From contig NC_027216.1 of the NCBI RefSeq assembly GCF_000981445.1, positions 1,550,001-1,614,000 of the forward strand: DNA of 64,000 bases, in the 5' to 3' direction. The notes under the pieces are model-generated. The model was not told the DNA's origin and did no database searches. It saw only the letters and a list, made by a program, of their open reading frames with translations. Shown here piece by piece: positions 22,468-34,390 of this stretch (the stretch's first letter is position 1; each line of letters starts with the position of its first letter). The translations under genes and the position numbers were made by a program. The DNA comes from Babesia bigemina. Taxonomy: Eukaryota.

Positions 22468-25400
22468 TCACTCGGAGTCGTCTCCCATGTCCGTGAGCTC
22501 GGCCTCCGTAACGTCGCCGTCCTCCGCCGCTACCGGCTCCTCGTTGTCCGTGATGAACCCGTCAGTGAGCTCGCCTTCCGCGGCCACGTCCCCGAGCTCG
22601 ACATCGGTCGATGCCGTGTTCGTGCGATCGACATTAGCTTCCTCCAAGGCAGCTTTTCTGGGACTTCGGCGCGTCGCGCGCTCTGGTTTCGCTGCAACGG
22701 CAGTCGCCGCCGTCTTGCGTTTGGCCTTCGGACTTTCGGGTGCGACCTGGGCAGTTGCGTCGACAGAGTTCCTTTTACGTCTGCCTCTCCCTGATCGGGT
22801 ACTCATGCGTGTTGTTGCGGTGGCATCTTCTTTTGCTTCGGCAACTGCTTCCGGCTGCTGAGGTACCTCCGTAACTGCTTCAGCCTTAGGCTTCCTCCCC
22901 CGTCGACCCCTTTTAGCTGGAGTGGTTTCAGCGGCAACCGTCGGTTCGATCGCTTTTGCCTCTTCCTTCACTTTATTTACCTTATCGGTCGTGTTCTCGG
23001 TCTTAACATCAGCTTCATCGGCGTTATCACTCTTGTCCTCGGTTTTGTTCTCGATCTTTACTTGCGGGGCAGGCTGCTCCGGCTTCTTGGGTGGCGGCAC
23101 GTCCTTGAACTCCACTAAGCAGCTCATGACGAAAGACACCGGTTTGTAGCCCTCTGGGACGTCAATGGGCGGGTTGTTGTCGAATATCGCGCGCTTCAGG
23201 CAGGGGTCGGGGACCGTCTGCAGGTCAGTGTGGTGCGCCCAGGTGAGCAGATCGTCCTCCACGAAGTCCGGGGTCTGCGGAACGTAGCCGACGCCCTCCG
23301 TGCAACGCTCGCAGGAGATGGAGTCGTGCGTGTCAGAAACAGTGGTGTCCTTGTAGTCGAACAGGTTCCGGAGGCACTCTCCGCTGAGGGCGTCCTTCAG
23401 CTCGTTGGCGCCGTCGGTGACAAGCATGGCGCTGAGTCCGTCTTTGCAGATTTGCCGCTGCGGTCGCGTGACGGGATAACGTTGTGATGGCTCACCTGGT
23501 ATATCTTCTCTTCGATGGTCCCGGTGCTGAAGAACCTGTAGATGTAGCAGGTCTTCCGCTGGCCGTCACGCCACACACGGGCCAGGGCCTGCTTATCGTT
23601 CGCGGGGTTCCAGTCGGGGTCGAACAGCACCAGCCGGTTCGCCCCGATGAGGTTGATGCCACAGCCGCCGGCCTTGGAACTCAGCAGGAACGCGAAGCTG
23701 TGCGAAGTCGGGTCGTTGAACGTGGTGACCAGTTTGTGCCGCTTCTTGATGCTGAGCGTGCCGTCCAGCCTGACGCAGGGGTAGCCGCACTGCTTGCACA
23801 GCCTCTCGAACACGTCGATCGTCTGCGTGTAGTTGCTGATGATGACGATGCGGTCGTTGGTCGTGGCCCGGATGTTGTGCAGCAGCCTGAAGAGCAGGAG
23901 CGTCTTGGCGGACAGCTCGGGGTAGCTCGAGCGGCTATTGGCGTTCCACGGGCACGTTTCGTGGATCCGCTTCAGGGTCGCGTCGGCGGCTGCGGACTTC
24001 ATGGCGCTGCCGGGCTTGATGAGGCACGGGTGGTTGCAGAGCTTCATGAAGTTCAGGATGGCCCCGAGCGTCTTCGCCATCACGGGGTCGTCGCTGTTGA
24101 CGATCTTCCTGCACGTGGCCGAGTTCGCGAACTCCTTGTACAGGGTCTGCTGCGTTTCGGTGAGGTTGCAGAAGACGTTCATGTTGATCTTGGGCGGCAG
24201 CACCTTGGACAGCAGCGTGTTGGTGCGCCGCAGCACGAACTGGTTGGTGATGTACGACAGCTCCGCGAGCCGCTCTGCCGCGAGGTTCTGCTGATCCTTG
24301 GTGGCGTCGGGCTCCCTGCCCAGGATGATAGGGTTGGCGTACCGCCTCCTGAACTCGCTGACGTCCCCCAGCACGTTGGGGTTGCACAGTGAAATCAGCG
24401 CGTAGAACTCGTTGAGGTCGTTTTGGATGGGCGTGCCGCTGAGCATGAGCCTCATCTTCGCCGGCAGCTTCTGTATGGCGACTGCCGTGAGGGTCTTGTC
24501 GTTCTTCAGCCGGTGCGCCTCATCGCAGATGACGAGGTCGATGGGCACCCCCTCCAGCCTGCTCATGTGCCCCCTGAAGGTCTCGTACGACGATATCAGC
24601 ACGTTGGAGCGCCGGTCGTACTTGAACCCGGTGAACTTGGAGATGACCTTCTCCTTGGCGCCGTCGGCCACGGCGGTGCAGGGGCACTTGCCCTTGAGCC
24701 ACTTGTTGATTTCGCTCTCCCAGTTGTTCACCAGGCTCGCGGGGCACACGATGACGCACTTGCGTGCCGCCGGCCTGCCGTTGAACCCCTGCTTGAGCAG
24801 CGTCCACATCACCGTGATGCTCTGCAGAGTTTTGCCGAGACCTGCGCGCCATGAGGCATGCAAAACGCCGCTGATACGCACCCATATCGTCGGCCAGGAT
24901 ACAGCCCTGCCCTTCGAACTCCTTGAGGCCCATCAGGCAGTCGAAGATGAACTGCACACCCTGGCGCTGGTGGTCACGGAGGAATCTAGACAGCATCGGG
25001 TCGACCTCGATGGTGATCTGCACTTCGGCATCCTCGGGAGACGTGTACAGCACCAGCGGATTCGGTGGCGGCAGCCCCGCATCAGGGTCCTCGCCATCCT
25101 TCTTAAATGCGCCGATTTCGGCAGCACCCGGCGCGAACGGCCTTCCGAAGCTACGGATCTTGCAGCCGAGGGTCTTCCGCTGCGACTCGGCGCTGATGCC
25201 TGCGGGGAGCGTTCGCGCGCACACACCTCAGTACATACCTGGCAAGTGTCCCTGCAGCGGGCTCTTGAACGGCTGGAATAGCGTGACCGGCCCCTCATCC
25301 ACGCTGAGTAGCGAAAGCAGCGGAGCGCGGATCAGGCAGACCTGGACCGAATTTTGCCTGCAGCGAACTGACGCCGTCACACATCGCAGTAACGTACTGG

Positions 25401-25552
25401 TAAGACGCCGAATAGGTTGACAGCGCGTCCTCCGTCGCTTCGGCCCTGCGCGTTTGTTACGACATCGTCTACTCAGAGCGGCCGACTGAACGGCCGGCGT
25501 GAAGCTCCACTTACCCTGGCTTCCGCCGGTCGCCGAGGTTGAAGCGCATCAT
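22468..25552 (-). CDS. RAD54: DNA repair/recombination SNF2 ATPase Rad54, multi-exon
   Basis: [86 protein letters not shown]; 5' exons join in phase back to ATG 25552. Confidence 0.93.
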
Positions 25553-25903
25553 TTTGGCGACTGACCGCGGAGATTCCCGCTTGTGCGGCGCTCCTCCAGC
25601 GGCCAGCTAGCCAACCACACACCCGCGGCTCACATGGACACACATAACGACTGGCAATTAAGCCACGGTAGCAGTGACAGAACCACCCAGTGGCAAGTTA
25701 TCGAGCATAGTCTGACTGGGCGTGGCTTTGCCGCAGTTCGTGGAGCTACCTGAAGTGTTCATGCTGAGCCTGTGTTAGCGCAATTTCGCGGTCTGAGGCG
25801 AGTTACAAAGGGCGGCCCGTTGCAATCGGCGAGGGCCGAAGATCCTGCACTCGTAAGTCCTCTCGCTGGCTGGTTTTGGAAGTGGTGGTACATGGTGATG
25901 CGA

Positions 25904-26790
25904 TTAAAAGTTATCGTACTCCGCGTCGTCGAGGTCGCTTGTGACAGATTCATCGTCCTCCATTTCGGGCGCGGACTTCTCTTCGGTGGCCGTCGTGCTG
26001 GCGCGAGCCTTGGTCCACTCCTCCTTGCTGGCGTGCTTCTTGACGTGTTCTGCATGGGCGTCAGACCTGCAGGGTGCAGACGTCAACACCCCACCACGTA
26101 CGGCACTTATACTACCGTAGCACTGCACAACGCAACAGAACCATGATGTACGTGCTTCTGTTCAGCGCTCACAAGCCGCAAAAAGGCGCCTGGTGTCAGT
26201 GACTCGGCGGCACGCCCGCAGGGCAGAGCGTTGAGCACGGGCACTCACCTCGTACTTTCTTCTCGTAGGAGGACTTGTCCGCCATGAGGAGCGCCGCGGC
26301 CTCGTTATTCAGCGGGTCGCTGGGGTTCGGGTAGGTTAGGAGCTGGGGGAGAAAGGTGTCAAACACGTTCACGAGGCCTGAGAACCTTCGCCGCGGTGAC
26401 CGCGCAACTCACTGTAAATTGGCGTCCACGTTTCGTTTATGACATCCAGACACACGGAGCCGCTTGACTCGTCTACATTAGGGTGCAACATCTTGTTCAG
26501 GAAACCGATGGACGGCGAGGCGAAGGGGTAGTCGTCGGGCAGGGTGACGTGGACCTTCCAGACCCCGTCTTCGTACAGAGCTGGCGGCGCATGAGAGCGT
26601 GGCTAGCTGGACTCACTGCCTATCGGCCCGTGGAACGTGACGTTGAATTCCTGCATGCTCCCGTTGACCAGTTCCAGGTCGTACCCTGCCATGAGCCTGC
26701 CAAAGTGCTACAAATCGGCGCAGGCGCAACTTACAGCTTCGTGAAGTCATTTTGTTTGCGCACACTGGATACGGCGGCGTTCTTTTTCAT
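25904..26790 (-). CDS. UBC8: Ubiquitin-conjugating enzyme E2, UBE2H/Ubc8 type, multi-exon, acidic tail
   Basis: Spliced reading [77 protein letters not shown]. Confidence 0.9.
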
Positions 26791-27574
26791 GTTCGCTGGT
26801 GTATGGATCCTGCAGTCCGTTAGCGCAGTTGCACGGATCTGGGCGACTGGTACAACGCTACCCACGAAAATTCCGCATTAAAACGTGTGCAGTGCGCACA
26901 TGCACGCCGAAAGTGACATACCGTGATGATATCGTCTCGGTTAACGTACGCCCGTTGAGATGTGTGGGCAGTATCGGCGCATTTAACCCCGTTTCCAGCG
27001 TCTGGGTTTCCCGGAACGCGGAACGGAGATATTGCAGGCGGCAGAAGTGCCGGTGGTTGTTTTCTTTTTGTTGCGCAATCGTATGTGTTGTGTACTGCGT
27101 GGCGGAGCAGACCGGCCCGCAGCCCCCCAGGGTCGGCGCCGGCGTTGACCGTAAGCGCATTGCGTACACCGGGCGCCACTCGCAGGCATGTCCAACCGGT
27201 TCATTCATTGCTTGCAGCAACCATTCGCGTGCTCCATGGTGATTGAGGCATGTCAACCCGGCTCAGGGTGCGTTGTCGTCGCCTGGACGAATGGATGCTG
27301 CAGGCGCCATTAGCTTCTGCACTGCGAGTATTCGCATAGCACATATACACTGCTGTAAAAATAGAGTTATGGTGTGTGCCTGGGAGTGATGTGCCGCCCG
27401 GTTAGCGTCCACAGCGCGATTGGTGTCCGTGCTGCGTCGACATGGATTCCAGGGGTCACATACTTGACCCCGAGGAACAACGGCTGCTAAAAACGTGTAG
27501 TGTGTAACTGTGTGAGCCTATTTAGCGGTACAGCTGTCTTGTCTACATGGCATAATCGCAGTGGCTGCGGCACC

Positions 27575-29884
27575 CTAGCCCAGGTCAGCCCTGCTCGGCG
27601 TGAAACCGATCTGCCGCTGGTCGTAGTCGAAAACGGTGTAGTACGCACGTAGGAACACCTGCGGCAATGTGGCGCGATGAGAATAGGGTTACCTCTCCGA
27701 ACGTCCAGGCGTTGAGCTGCAGCTCCTGCAGCGAGATGATCTTTTGGGTTAGTAGCCACGTACCTCCTGCTGGTCGTCAACCATGATGCCCAGCGTGCAC
27801 CTGGTTTCGCCGTCGTCGTCGGTGAACTGCAGCACGTAGTCGTCGGGAGTCAGCTCCAGCTGGATCTCGCCTGAGCAGCGTCAGTCGAAACACATGTATA
27901 CCAACTGTTACCACCGAAGCCTGTACCCTCGACAGTAAAAACCAGAGTTGGCAGGTTGCGTTTGGCATCGCAACTGTCGACGAAGAGGCTCGAGACCAGA
28001 TTTTGCATATTCTGCGCTCTGATGAGTTGCGGAGGTAGGGGAATACCTGAGGCGCGTATATGAGATAGGTGCCTGAGTGGATGTTAGTTTAGGCATCACG
28101 TTTTGTCAATTACCTGTGTCTATTATGACCTTGGTGTCATGCAGCTTGTTGCGATACTGGAGTGGCGGCCTCGACTCGGCCGCTCGGTTTGCTTGCGATG
28201 CCGTGGCGCCGGCTACCGATCCTGATTCATCGGCTGGGTTTCCAGTCGGGTTAACGGCGTCCATGGTCGTGTTTGCGATTGTTGTTTTGCGATGTTTGGG
28301 CGTTGCACCCTGTTTGTCACTAACATTAAGCGGTAGCTTGCCGGATGCGTCGTTTGGTTGGTTGGCGTCGACGGCTGTGGAGTCACCCATTGATGCGTCT
28401 CCGGGGTCAGTACCGGATTGCGCAACATTGTGATCCCCAGAATCGAACTGGTGACGATTTAACCGATCATTTTCTTTGACGGTCAACTGCAGGAGGTTCA
28501 CGGCCCAGTAGCTGCCCTTGTTGCTGACGGGCGCCCACTGGAACTCGTCGGCCGGCGATCTCTTGTAGTCGTTGTTGTACCCCCCAAATGTCACATTTCC
28601 ACCTACAGAGCAATAAATAGTTGTCATATGGCTATTCCAGTCGGGGTCACAATGCGCAATGCAGTTCACGTATGGGCAGATCGTTCCGCTCCAGATCGGC
28701 AGACTGCGTTAGACGCCATTACTTCATGGATGAAGTATGGTGCGGCACGCGAATCCCATCTATACTTTCAATTCACCCGACGCTGGAAGCACAGTATATT
28801 GCAGCTATATGCTGTGTAGCCACGCGATGTATCGTCATTGTCGCCGACTAGATGAACCCACCAGTTTTCGAGATGTAGTAAGCAAATTGGTTTCTGAAGT
28901 GCGGATAGGTGACCGCGTTCTGCTGCATTGCTTCCAGTATCGGCCGGGCGCCGCGTGCAGTTTGATCATCGGTGGTGAAGCCCAAGCCGACTATGCCATC
29001 CCACGGCAGCTCCATGAGGATGGGTATGTCAAGCTTCGTTGCCAACCCGACGCTTGCATCTTTCACCTTGATGCCGTTCATCAGGTTGACGTCGGCGGTG
29101 CCGTCAATTGCCCTCATTTCACCGGTGAGGTACTTGACGAGGATGGGGATGTAGTTGCCGCGGTCGTCGTACTTGGCCGTCCACCGCTCGGCACGGGAAA
29201 GCCTTTTCCGGGTTAGGCAGGCGTTGGACTCGCACAGCTCATCCGGCACCCACAACTCCGACGAGCCGGTGTCGAATAGGACCTTGAAAGTGTCGCCCTC
29301 ATCCTCGACGTTACCTGCATGTGGCTTAGTGTGGGTTTGGCGTTTGATGGGAATTATGGAGCACATGACGCATCATTCGTTGTAAATAGCACCATTAGAG
29401 TGTCTCACAACTTTTATTGTATTGCCGTTGCTCATGGTTAGCGAATAGAGATGTTTGATTTTAATGCTTTGAAGCCAACGGTGTAACGGCATCGCAACAA
29501 AGAACCACATACAAGCACATGATAGGCGAATGGTAAGCAGTTACTGCAGTCATACACAATTGAATGTATTTCAGGTCGCTGCGGAGGTTATAACTCACCT
29601 AAAATGATCTCGCCGTAATAGGTTGCCCAGAGCCTATTGCTGTGCGCAGCGGTCAGTGCGATGGAGCTGGAGGTGACGGCGTCTACACCGACGAACTGCG
29701 CTGCGCCGTTGTTCAGCTGCTCGTACAGCAGCGAGCGGAGCATTCCATCTTCGTGTGACGATTCCGTCCGCTTCAACCGCAGCTCGTATGTGTGTTGGCG
29801 TGACTCACGTGCGTCCAGTCGGAGTGCTTCCGCCGCCGCTAAGACACAGCAAAGCGCACACACTGCCGCTGTCGACAGATGCAT
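27575..29884 (-). CDS. Pepsin-family aspartic protease (plasmepsin-like, possibly PM VI-VIII clade), multi-exon, signal peptide
   Basis: [20 protein letters not shown] signal; [57 protein letters not shown]; the clade is an inference. Confidence 0.9.
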
Positions 29885-30482
29885 AATTGTTTCCAAATAC
29901 ACATCGAGTGAAGTAACTAATGTGTACGTCGTTCCCAACATGTGCAGAAAACGACATCGTCAACACGACAGCCGCATCGGAGCACGATTCGGCCATAACG
30001 CCGCCACTCAAGTGGAAGAACAGGTGAGTATAATGGTGTAATGTGTGTTATAACGCCCAACGAGACCGAAATCTATGCCGCGCTGCGCGACCTAGTTACG
30101 CGTGATGACATCATCTGTCTATTTCGAGCCACGGGGCTATTAACGTATCCGCCACATCGCCACTTGTAATGTGTATGGCACAGATCTCTACGTAGTTCAT
30201 ATTTGGTCATATTTCAGCCGACGAGACTATCTAGGTTTCGGCTGATCCATATACAGGCCTGCTGCCATACTTCCGTTGGCGCACCGCAATCATCACTATT
30301 TATACATTTTTACAGTTGAGACATACAATATTACCATATCGTTGATATCATTTGGTTTACCTCATGGCCCACCACCCGGCTGCCCACCTGTGCTGGCGCC
30401 CTATCTCGGTCGTAAAGAGGGCCAGAAAGCAGGCGGCGGCCGGATTCCGCGCACATTAATTAGAAAGTATCGTACATCTGCC

Positions 30483-31412
30483 ATGGCAAAGCCCGAGTTG
30501 TATCGGCTCAATCGCACTGCCAAGGCGGTTTCCGTTGACAAGAAGACGCGGAAGGAAATCGCAAAGGATTCGGGGAAGCCCGCGTCTAAACCTATCGCAG
30601 TCATTCCCAAAGTTGGAGTCAGTGCCTTGGACAACGAAAAGATCTCCGTCAGCGTGCCCACGCTAGAGAAGGCGATCGACGCACTGCAGGCCCGCGCGGC
30701 GGCGGAGCGGGAAAGCCGCACCCGCAACCTTCTGGAGGACCCATCGGGATCTTACGTCTACCTCCAGGTGTTCTTGCGGAAGGTATTTACGGAAACTCAC
30801 GTCCGACCCCTGCAGATCAAGCTGGGCCACCCGATTTACCGCGGCAAGGACGTCTGCGTGTTCGTCAAAGACCCACAGAAGCACTGGAAGAAAGTGCTGA
30901 CTGAGTTGAAAGTACGAGAAGTCAAGAAGGTGATTGCAGTGGACAAGCTGCGCAAAAAGTACCGTGAATATAAAGATCGGAGGCTGCTGGTGAATAGCTT
31001 TGACCTGTTTCTTAGCGACAAGGCGGTGGCCCCGTCGCTCCCCTCGCTCCTGGGCAAGATCTTTATGGAGAAGAAGAAGTTGCCCATATCGCTGACGCTG
31101 AACCGCGACGGTATGCGTGACCGTATTGAGGAGGCCATCCAGTCCACATTCTACCGCGTTTCGCACGGCAACTGCAGCGGTGTGAAGGTGGCCCTCACCT
31201 CCATGACCCGCGAGGAGATCGTGGCAAACGTTTTGCAAGTGATAGAGGCGGTCAAGAAGTTCCACATGCGCGACGAGAAGTTCAAGTCAAAAATATCGGG
31301 GATATACTTGAGTTGGGAGGGCTCAGAGTCGCTCTGCCTGTACAGCGAGGAGCTAGAGGCAGTTGAGGATATCATCGGCGCTGCGAAGGAAAAGAAGTCA
31401 CGAAAGTCCTGA
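30483..31412 (+). CDS. RSL1D1: Ribosomal L1 domain-containing protein (RSL1D1/Cic1/Utp30-like)
   Basis: VCVFVKDPQ, KLRKKYREYKDRRLLVNSFDLFLSDK, LPSLLGKIFMEKKKLPI. Confidence 0.85.
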   Translation: MAKPELYRLNRTAKAVSVDKKTRKEIAKDSGKPASKPIAVIPKVGVSALDNEKISVSVPTLEKAIDALQARAAAERESRTRNLLEDPSGSYVYLQVFLRKVFTETHVRPLQIKLGHPIYRGKDVCVFVKDPQKHWKKVLTELKVREVKKVIAVDKLRKKYREYKDRRLLVNSFDLFLSDKAVAPSLPSLLGKIFMEKKKLPISLTLNRDGMRDRIEEAIQSTFYRVSHGNCSGVKVALTSMTREEIVANVLQVIEAVKKFHMRDEKFKSKISGIYLSWEGSESLCLYSEELEAVEDIIGAAKEKKSRKS

Positions 31413-31954
31413 AAATAAGGATACAGCACGCATCATTTCGGTGAATGAACATAGCAGCCATATAATGTCTTTGGTCTAATTTCGCTGGGATGCCTTTCCG
31501 ACTGCCGTTATCGCTAAGGGAGCTCATACACTGACGCCTGCTCAAATTTACACGCGGATTTGCCAATCACAAAAGTTGCATGGTTACAACTGTTAATATG
31601 TAATCAATTCACGTTGATTGGTTGTAATCTTGCCTGGTTGAATTACGTAAGTTGTCACTGAGGTGGATGGTCCAGTTTTCCCGGCGGCGGAAAGACGCGC
31701 TATATCGTAAAAGATCTCCACAGACAACTGATCGGGTTACATACTAAGTTTATTGAGAACTTGGCACGTATATATAACTTGGGATTCTGTTATGTGTGAA
31801 GTGAACGTATCCAACGTAGAGCGTAGCTGGAATCGATTGATGAAACGGAAGAGTTAGCACCCGGGTTTTACAAACAAATGAAGCGTATATATGCTGTGAA
31901 ATGTCTTGCAGTGGAATTGTAGGATGTAGGTTGCGTTAAGTTCTAGAACGTAAA

Positions 31955-33988
31955 ATGTCGACTGTGGGCCGCCCGATTGCAGCTGCGCTGACCGATGCAG
32001 CGAAGCTGGTCACACGCATAAAAAATGCCGCCAAATACGGAGAGACGGATGTTGACGTCTGGCGGAAATATTCAAGGGAAGTGCTAGACTCCGCACAGAC
32101 CTTTGATTTGGCCCAAGTAGTGAACCTGTTATCGTCATTCAGCTACATGCGATACCGCCACGCTGGAGTGCTGGATGCCCTAGCGGCACGTGTCTGCGAG
32201 TCGAGCTTCAAACTGAAGGGCACAGATATAGCACGCGTGATGCGCGCATATTCCGTCCTGGAGCACCGAAACGAGTTTATGTTTCGACTGATGCTGCCAG
32301 AGTTGTCGAAGAGGATGGACCTGTTCTCGTTGGCGGACCTGACCTCTATCTTCTACTCGTACGCAAATTTGGGGTATTACAACCGCCATTTTGTCGCATG
32401 CGTGGAGTCTGCGGTGCTCAACAATATCCACAATGTCTCTTGCAAGGAACTTTGCCACGCGCTCTCTGCGCTGGGCAAGCTCCATGTGCGCCTCCCCCGC
32501 CTTGAAACTGTGCTGGGGTGCCACTTTTGCACGCGCGTCGACTTGTGCACGTACACGGAACTGGCACTCATTACAAATGCTCTGGGGAGGCTCGATTTCT
32601 GTGGCCATCCCCACCTCTTCTCGGTTGTGGAAACCGAGGTCTACCGGAAGTCGAAAAATCTGCCACCACACTCATTCGCGTTGATGGCCAACGCCATATC
32701 ACGAAGGGAAGATTCTTCGAAGGCGCTTGACTTCATGTCTAAGCAAATGCCCGATCGGTTGCGCGAGTTTGACGTGCACTCGTTGTGCCTGTTAAGCGCA
32801 GCGTTTAGCCGCCGGGGAGCTGTGCGGCGCGAACTGTTCGATCGCATGGCAGCGCGTGTCGGCAGAATATCACTTGCATTGTACCCGCGCGCAATAGCTT
32901 CCTTGTCGTTTTCGTATGGTCGCGCAGGGCACCTGCATGAGCCCTTGATGTGCTTCGCGGGGCGTCACCTCGAGCGATTTGTGGCACACTACAGCTGCAA
33001 CGAAGTGGCGATGATACTGCGTGCGCACAACATGCTGACTGTGCGTAACGAGCAGCTGTTGCTCCACCTCGCGAAGTTCATATGTGACAACTGCCCAGAG
33101 ATCGTTCCCGTTAGGATGGCTGACCCGCTGGTGCGGAAACGCGTAGCGTTCGCCATGGGCTACGACGATGAGTCGCACGAAGACGAGGCTGATGTCAAGG
33201 CTCAATCTGGCAGCGATTTCCTGGCTGAGCTCTTCGCGGATACCGAGGACGACGACGAAGACACGAATTCATCAACCTCCGCCCCGGAGGGCGACTCCGA
33301 AATTACGCACATAAACCATTTGGAGGTTGTTGTTTCCGATCCTTTCGGAACGCATCGTGGCGGGAAGCATTTCCTGGAGCGCGGCTTGATGCACTCGCTG
33401 CTTTGGATAGCGCAGAGCTTCGCCGTGCATGGCATTTGGAACGAGGGCGACGTAAAGGGAGCTATGCAGAGGATCGCCAGCGAGGTTGCAACCAGGGTTC
33501 AGGAGCTCACGCCTCTAACTACGGTGCACTTCTTGTACGCCTATGCACGTTTGAACTACCGACTCGACACTTTTCTGGACGTCTTGCTGCGCGAGCTGCG
33601 GAACCCGAGGGTCAACGTAATATTCGAGCAGGACCAGTTACGCACAGCCTTCCACGCGTTAACGGCATACGGCGTAGACCCTGCTTCGGCTGGTGTGTAT
33701 CGCCTGCCGTCAATAGAGGTCAAGCGGCTCATGGAGATACACGGCAACGACGTCGAGCGCGTCGTCCGGGACATACTGACCACTGACTACGAGACCACAG
33801 AAGGCGTCAAAGAGAGCATAGACTTAGAGATTGATGTTCCGTTTGCCGACAGTGCTGCGAAGGCTGCCATCGACGGCGAACCTGCAATCACGTACGTGCA
33901 CATCCCGGCTTGCGTCGGTGCCGCTCTAGCTGCGGGACGCTCGCCAGGCAGCTTTGCCGAGCGCGTCAAATACAACTTTACGATTTAG
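31955..33988 (+). CDS. Helical-repeat organellar RNA-binding protein (heptatricopeptide/FASTK-like)
   Basis: Recurrent ~37-aa units such as DLTSIFYSYANLGY, ELALITNALGRLDF, AIASLSFSYGRAG, TVHFLYAYARLNY. Confidence 0.6.
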   Translation: MSTVGRPIAAALTDAAKLVTRIKNAAKYGETDVDVWRKYSREVLDSAQTFDLAQVVNLLSSFSYMRYRHAGVLDALAARVCESSFKLKGTDIARVMRAYSVLEHRNEFMFRLMLPELSKRMDLFSLADLTSIFYSYANLGYYNRHFVACVESAVLNNIHNVSCKELCHALSALGKLHVRLPRLETVLGCHFCTRVDLCTYTELALITNALGRLDFCGHPHLFSVVETEVYRKSKNLPPHSFALMANAISRREDSSKALDFMSKQMPDRLREFDVHSLCLLSAAFSRRGAVRRELFDRMAARVGRISLALYPRAIASLSFSYGRAGHLHEPLMCFAGRHLERFVAHYSCNEVAMILRAHNMLTVRNEQLLLHLAKFICDNCPEIVPVRMADPLVRKRVAFAMGYDDESHEDEADVKAQSGSDFLAELFADTEDDDEDTNSSTSAPEGDSEITHINHLEVVVSDPFGTHRGGKHFLERGLMHSLLWIAQSFAVHGIWNEGDVKGAMQRIASEVATRVQELTPLTTVHFLYAYARLNYRLDTFLDVLLRELRNPRVNVIFEQDQLRTAFHALTAYGVDPASAGVYRLPSIEVKRLMEIHGNDVERVVRDILTTDYETTEGVKESIDLEIDVPFADSAAKAAIDGEPAITYVHIPACVGAALAAGRSPGSFAERVKYNFTI

Positions 33989-34263
33989 ACCTTGTTCTGC
34001 TGCTTTTCCGCAAACCGCTGGCCGACGCGCTGCGAGAACTCGAAGAAGAACTTCACACACGAGTTGATGCAGCTGGTCTCCCGCGAGTCCAGGTCCTTGC
34101 TGCGGAACGAAACGATGCACTCGTTAAAGCAACGGTCCACCATACCGTTGTATGTCTCGAGAGTGTCGCGGTACTGCATCTCGGTGAGGTGGTCCATGAC
34201 CCGGGTGCGCTGCGCCGGCGTGAGGTGGCCGAACTCCGGCCCAAGCATCGGTGTCTGGCTCAT
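33985..34263 (-). CDS. TIM9: Mitochondrial small TIM chaperone Tim9
   Basis: Twin CX3C (RCFNEC...SCINSC) in YNGMVDRCF and SQRVGQRFAE context, typical of Tim9. Confidence 0.88.
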   Translation of the reverse strand: MSQTPMLGPEFGHLTPAQRTRVMDHLTEMQYRDTLETYNGMVDRCFNECIVSFRSKDLDSRETSCINSCVKFFFEFSQRVGQRFAEKQQNKV

Positions 34264-34390
34264 GGTGTTGCGATATAGGGAAAATTAAGACCTTCTGTGG
34301 CAAGTTTTGCTGCACTGTGTCACAACCGTGGTTTATACCACTGCCCTACAGGCGCCCCCGCGGAGTGGATTCTAATGCCGCGTGAGCGTT

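Noticed and set aside
23484..25281. Long plus-strand ORFs (302 and 289 aa), and similar ORFs opposite RPA1, PRP6 and UFD2
   Set aside because: Antisense shadows caused by high GC3 codon bias of the real genes
26052..26248. Longer UBC8 intron with small hairpins as a snoRNA host
   Set aside because: No canonical box C or clear H/ACA architecture found
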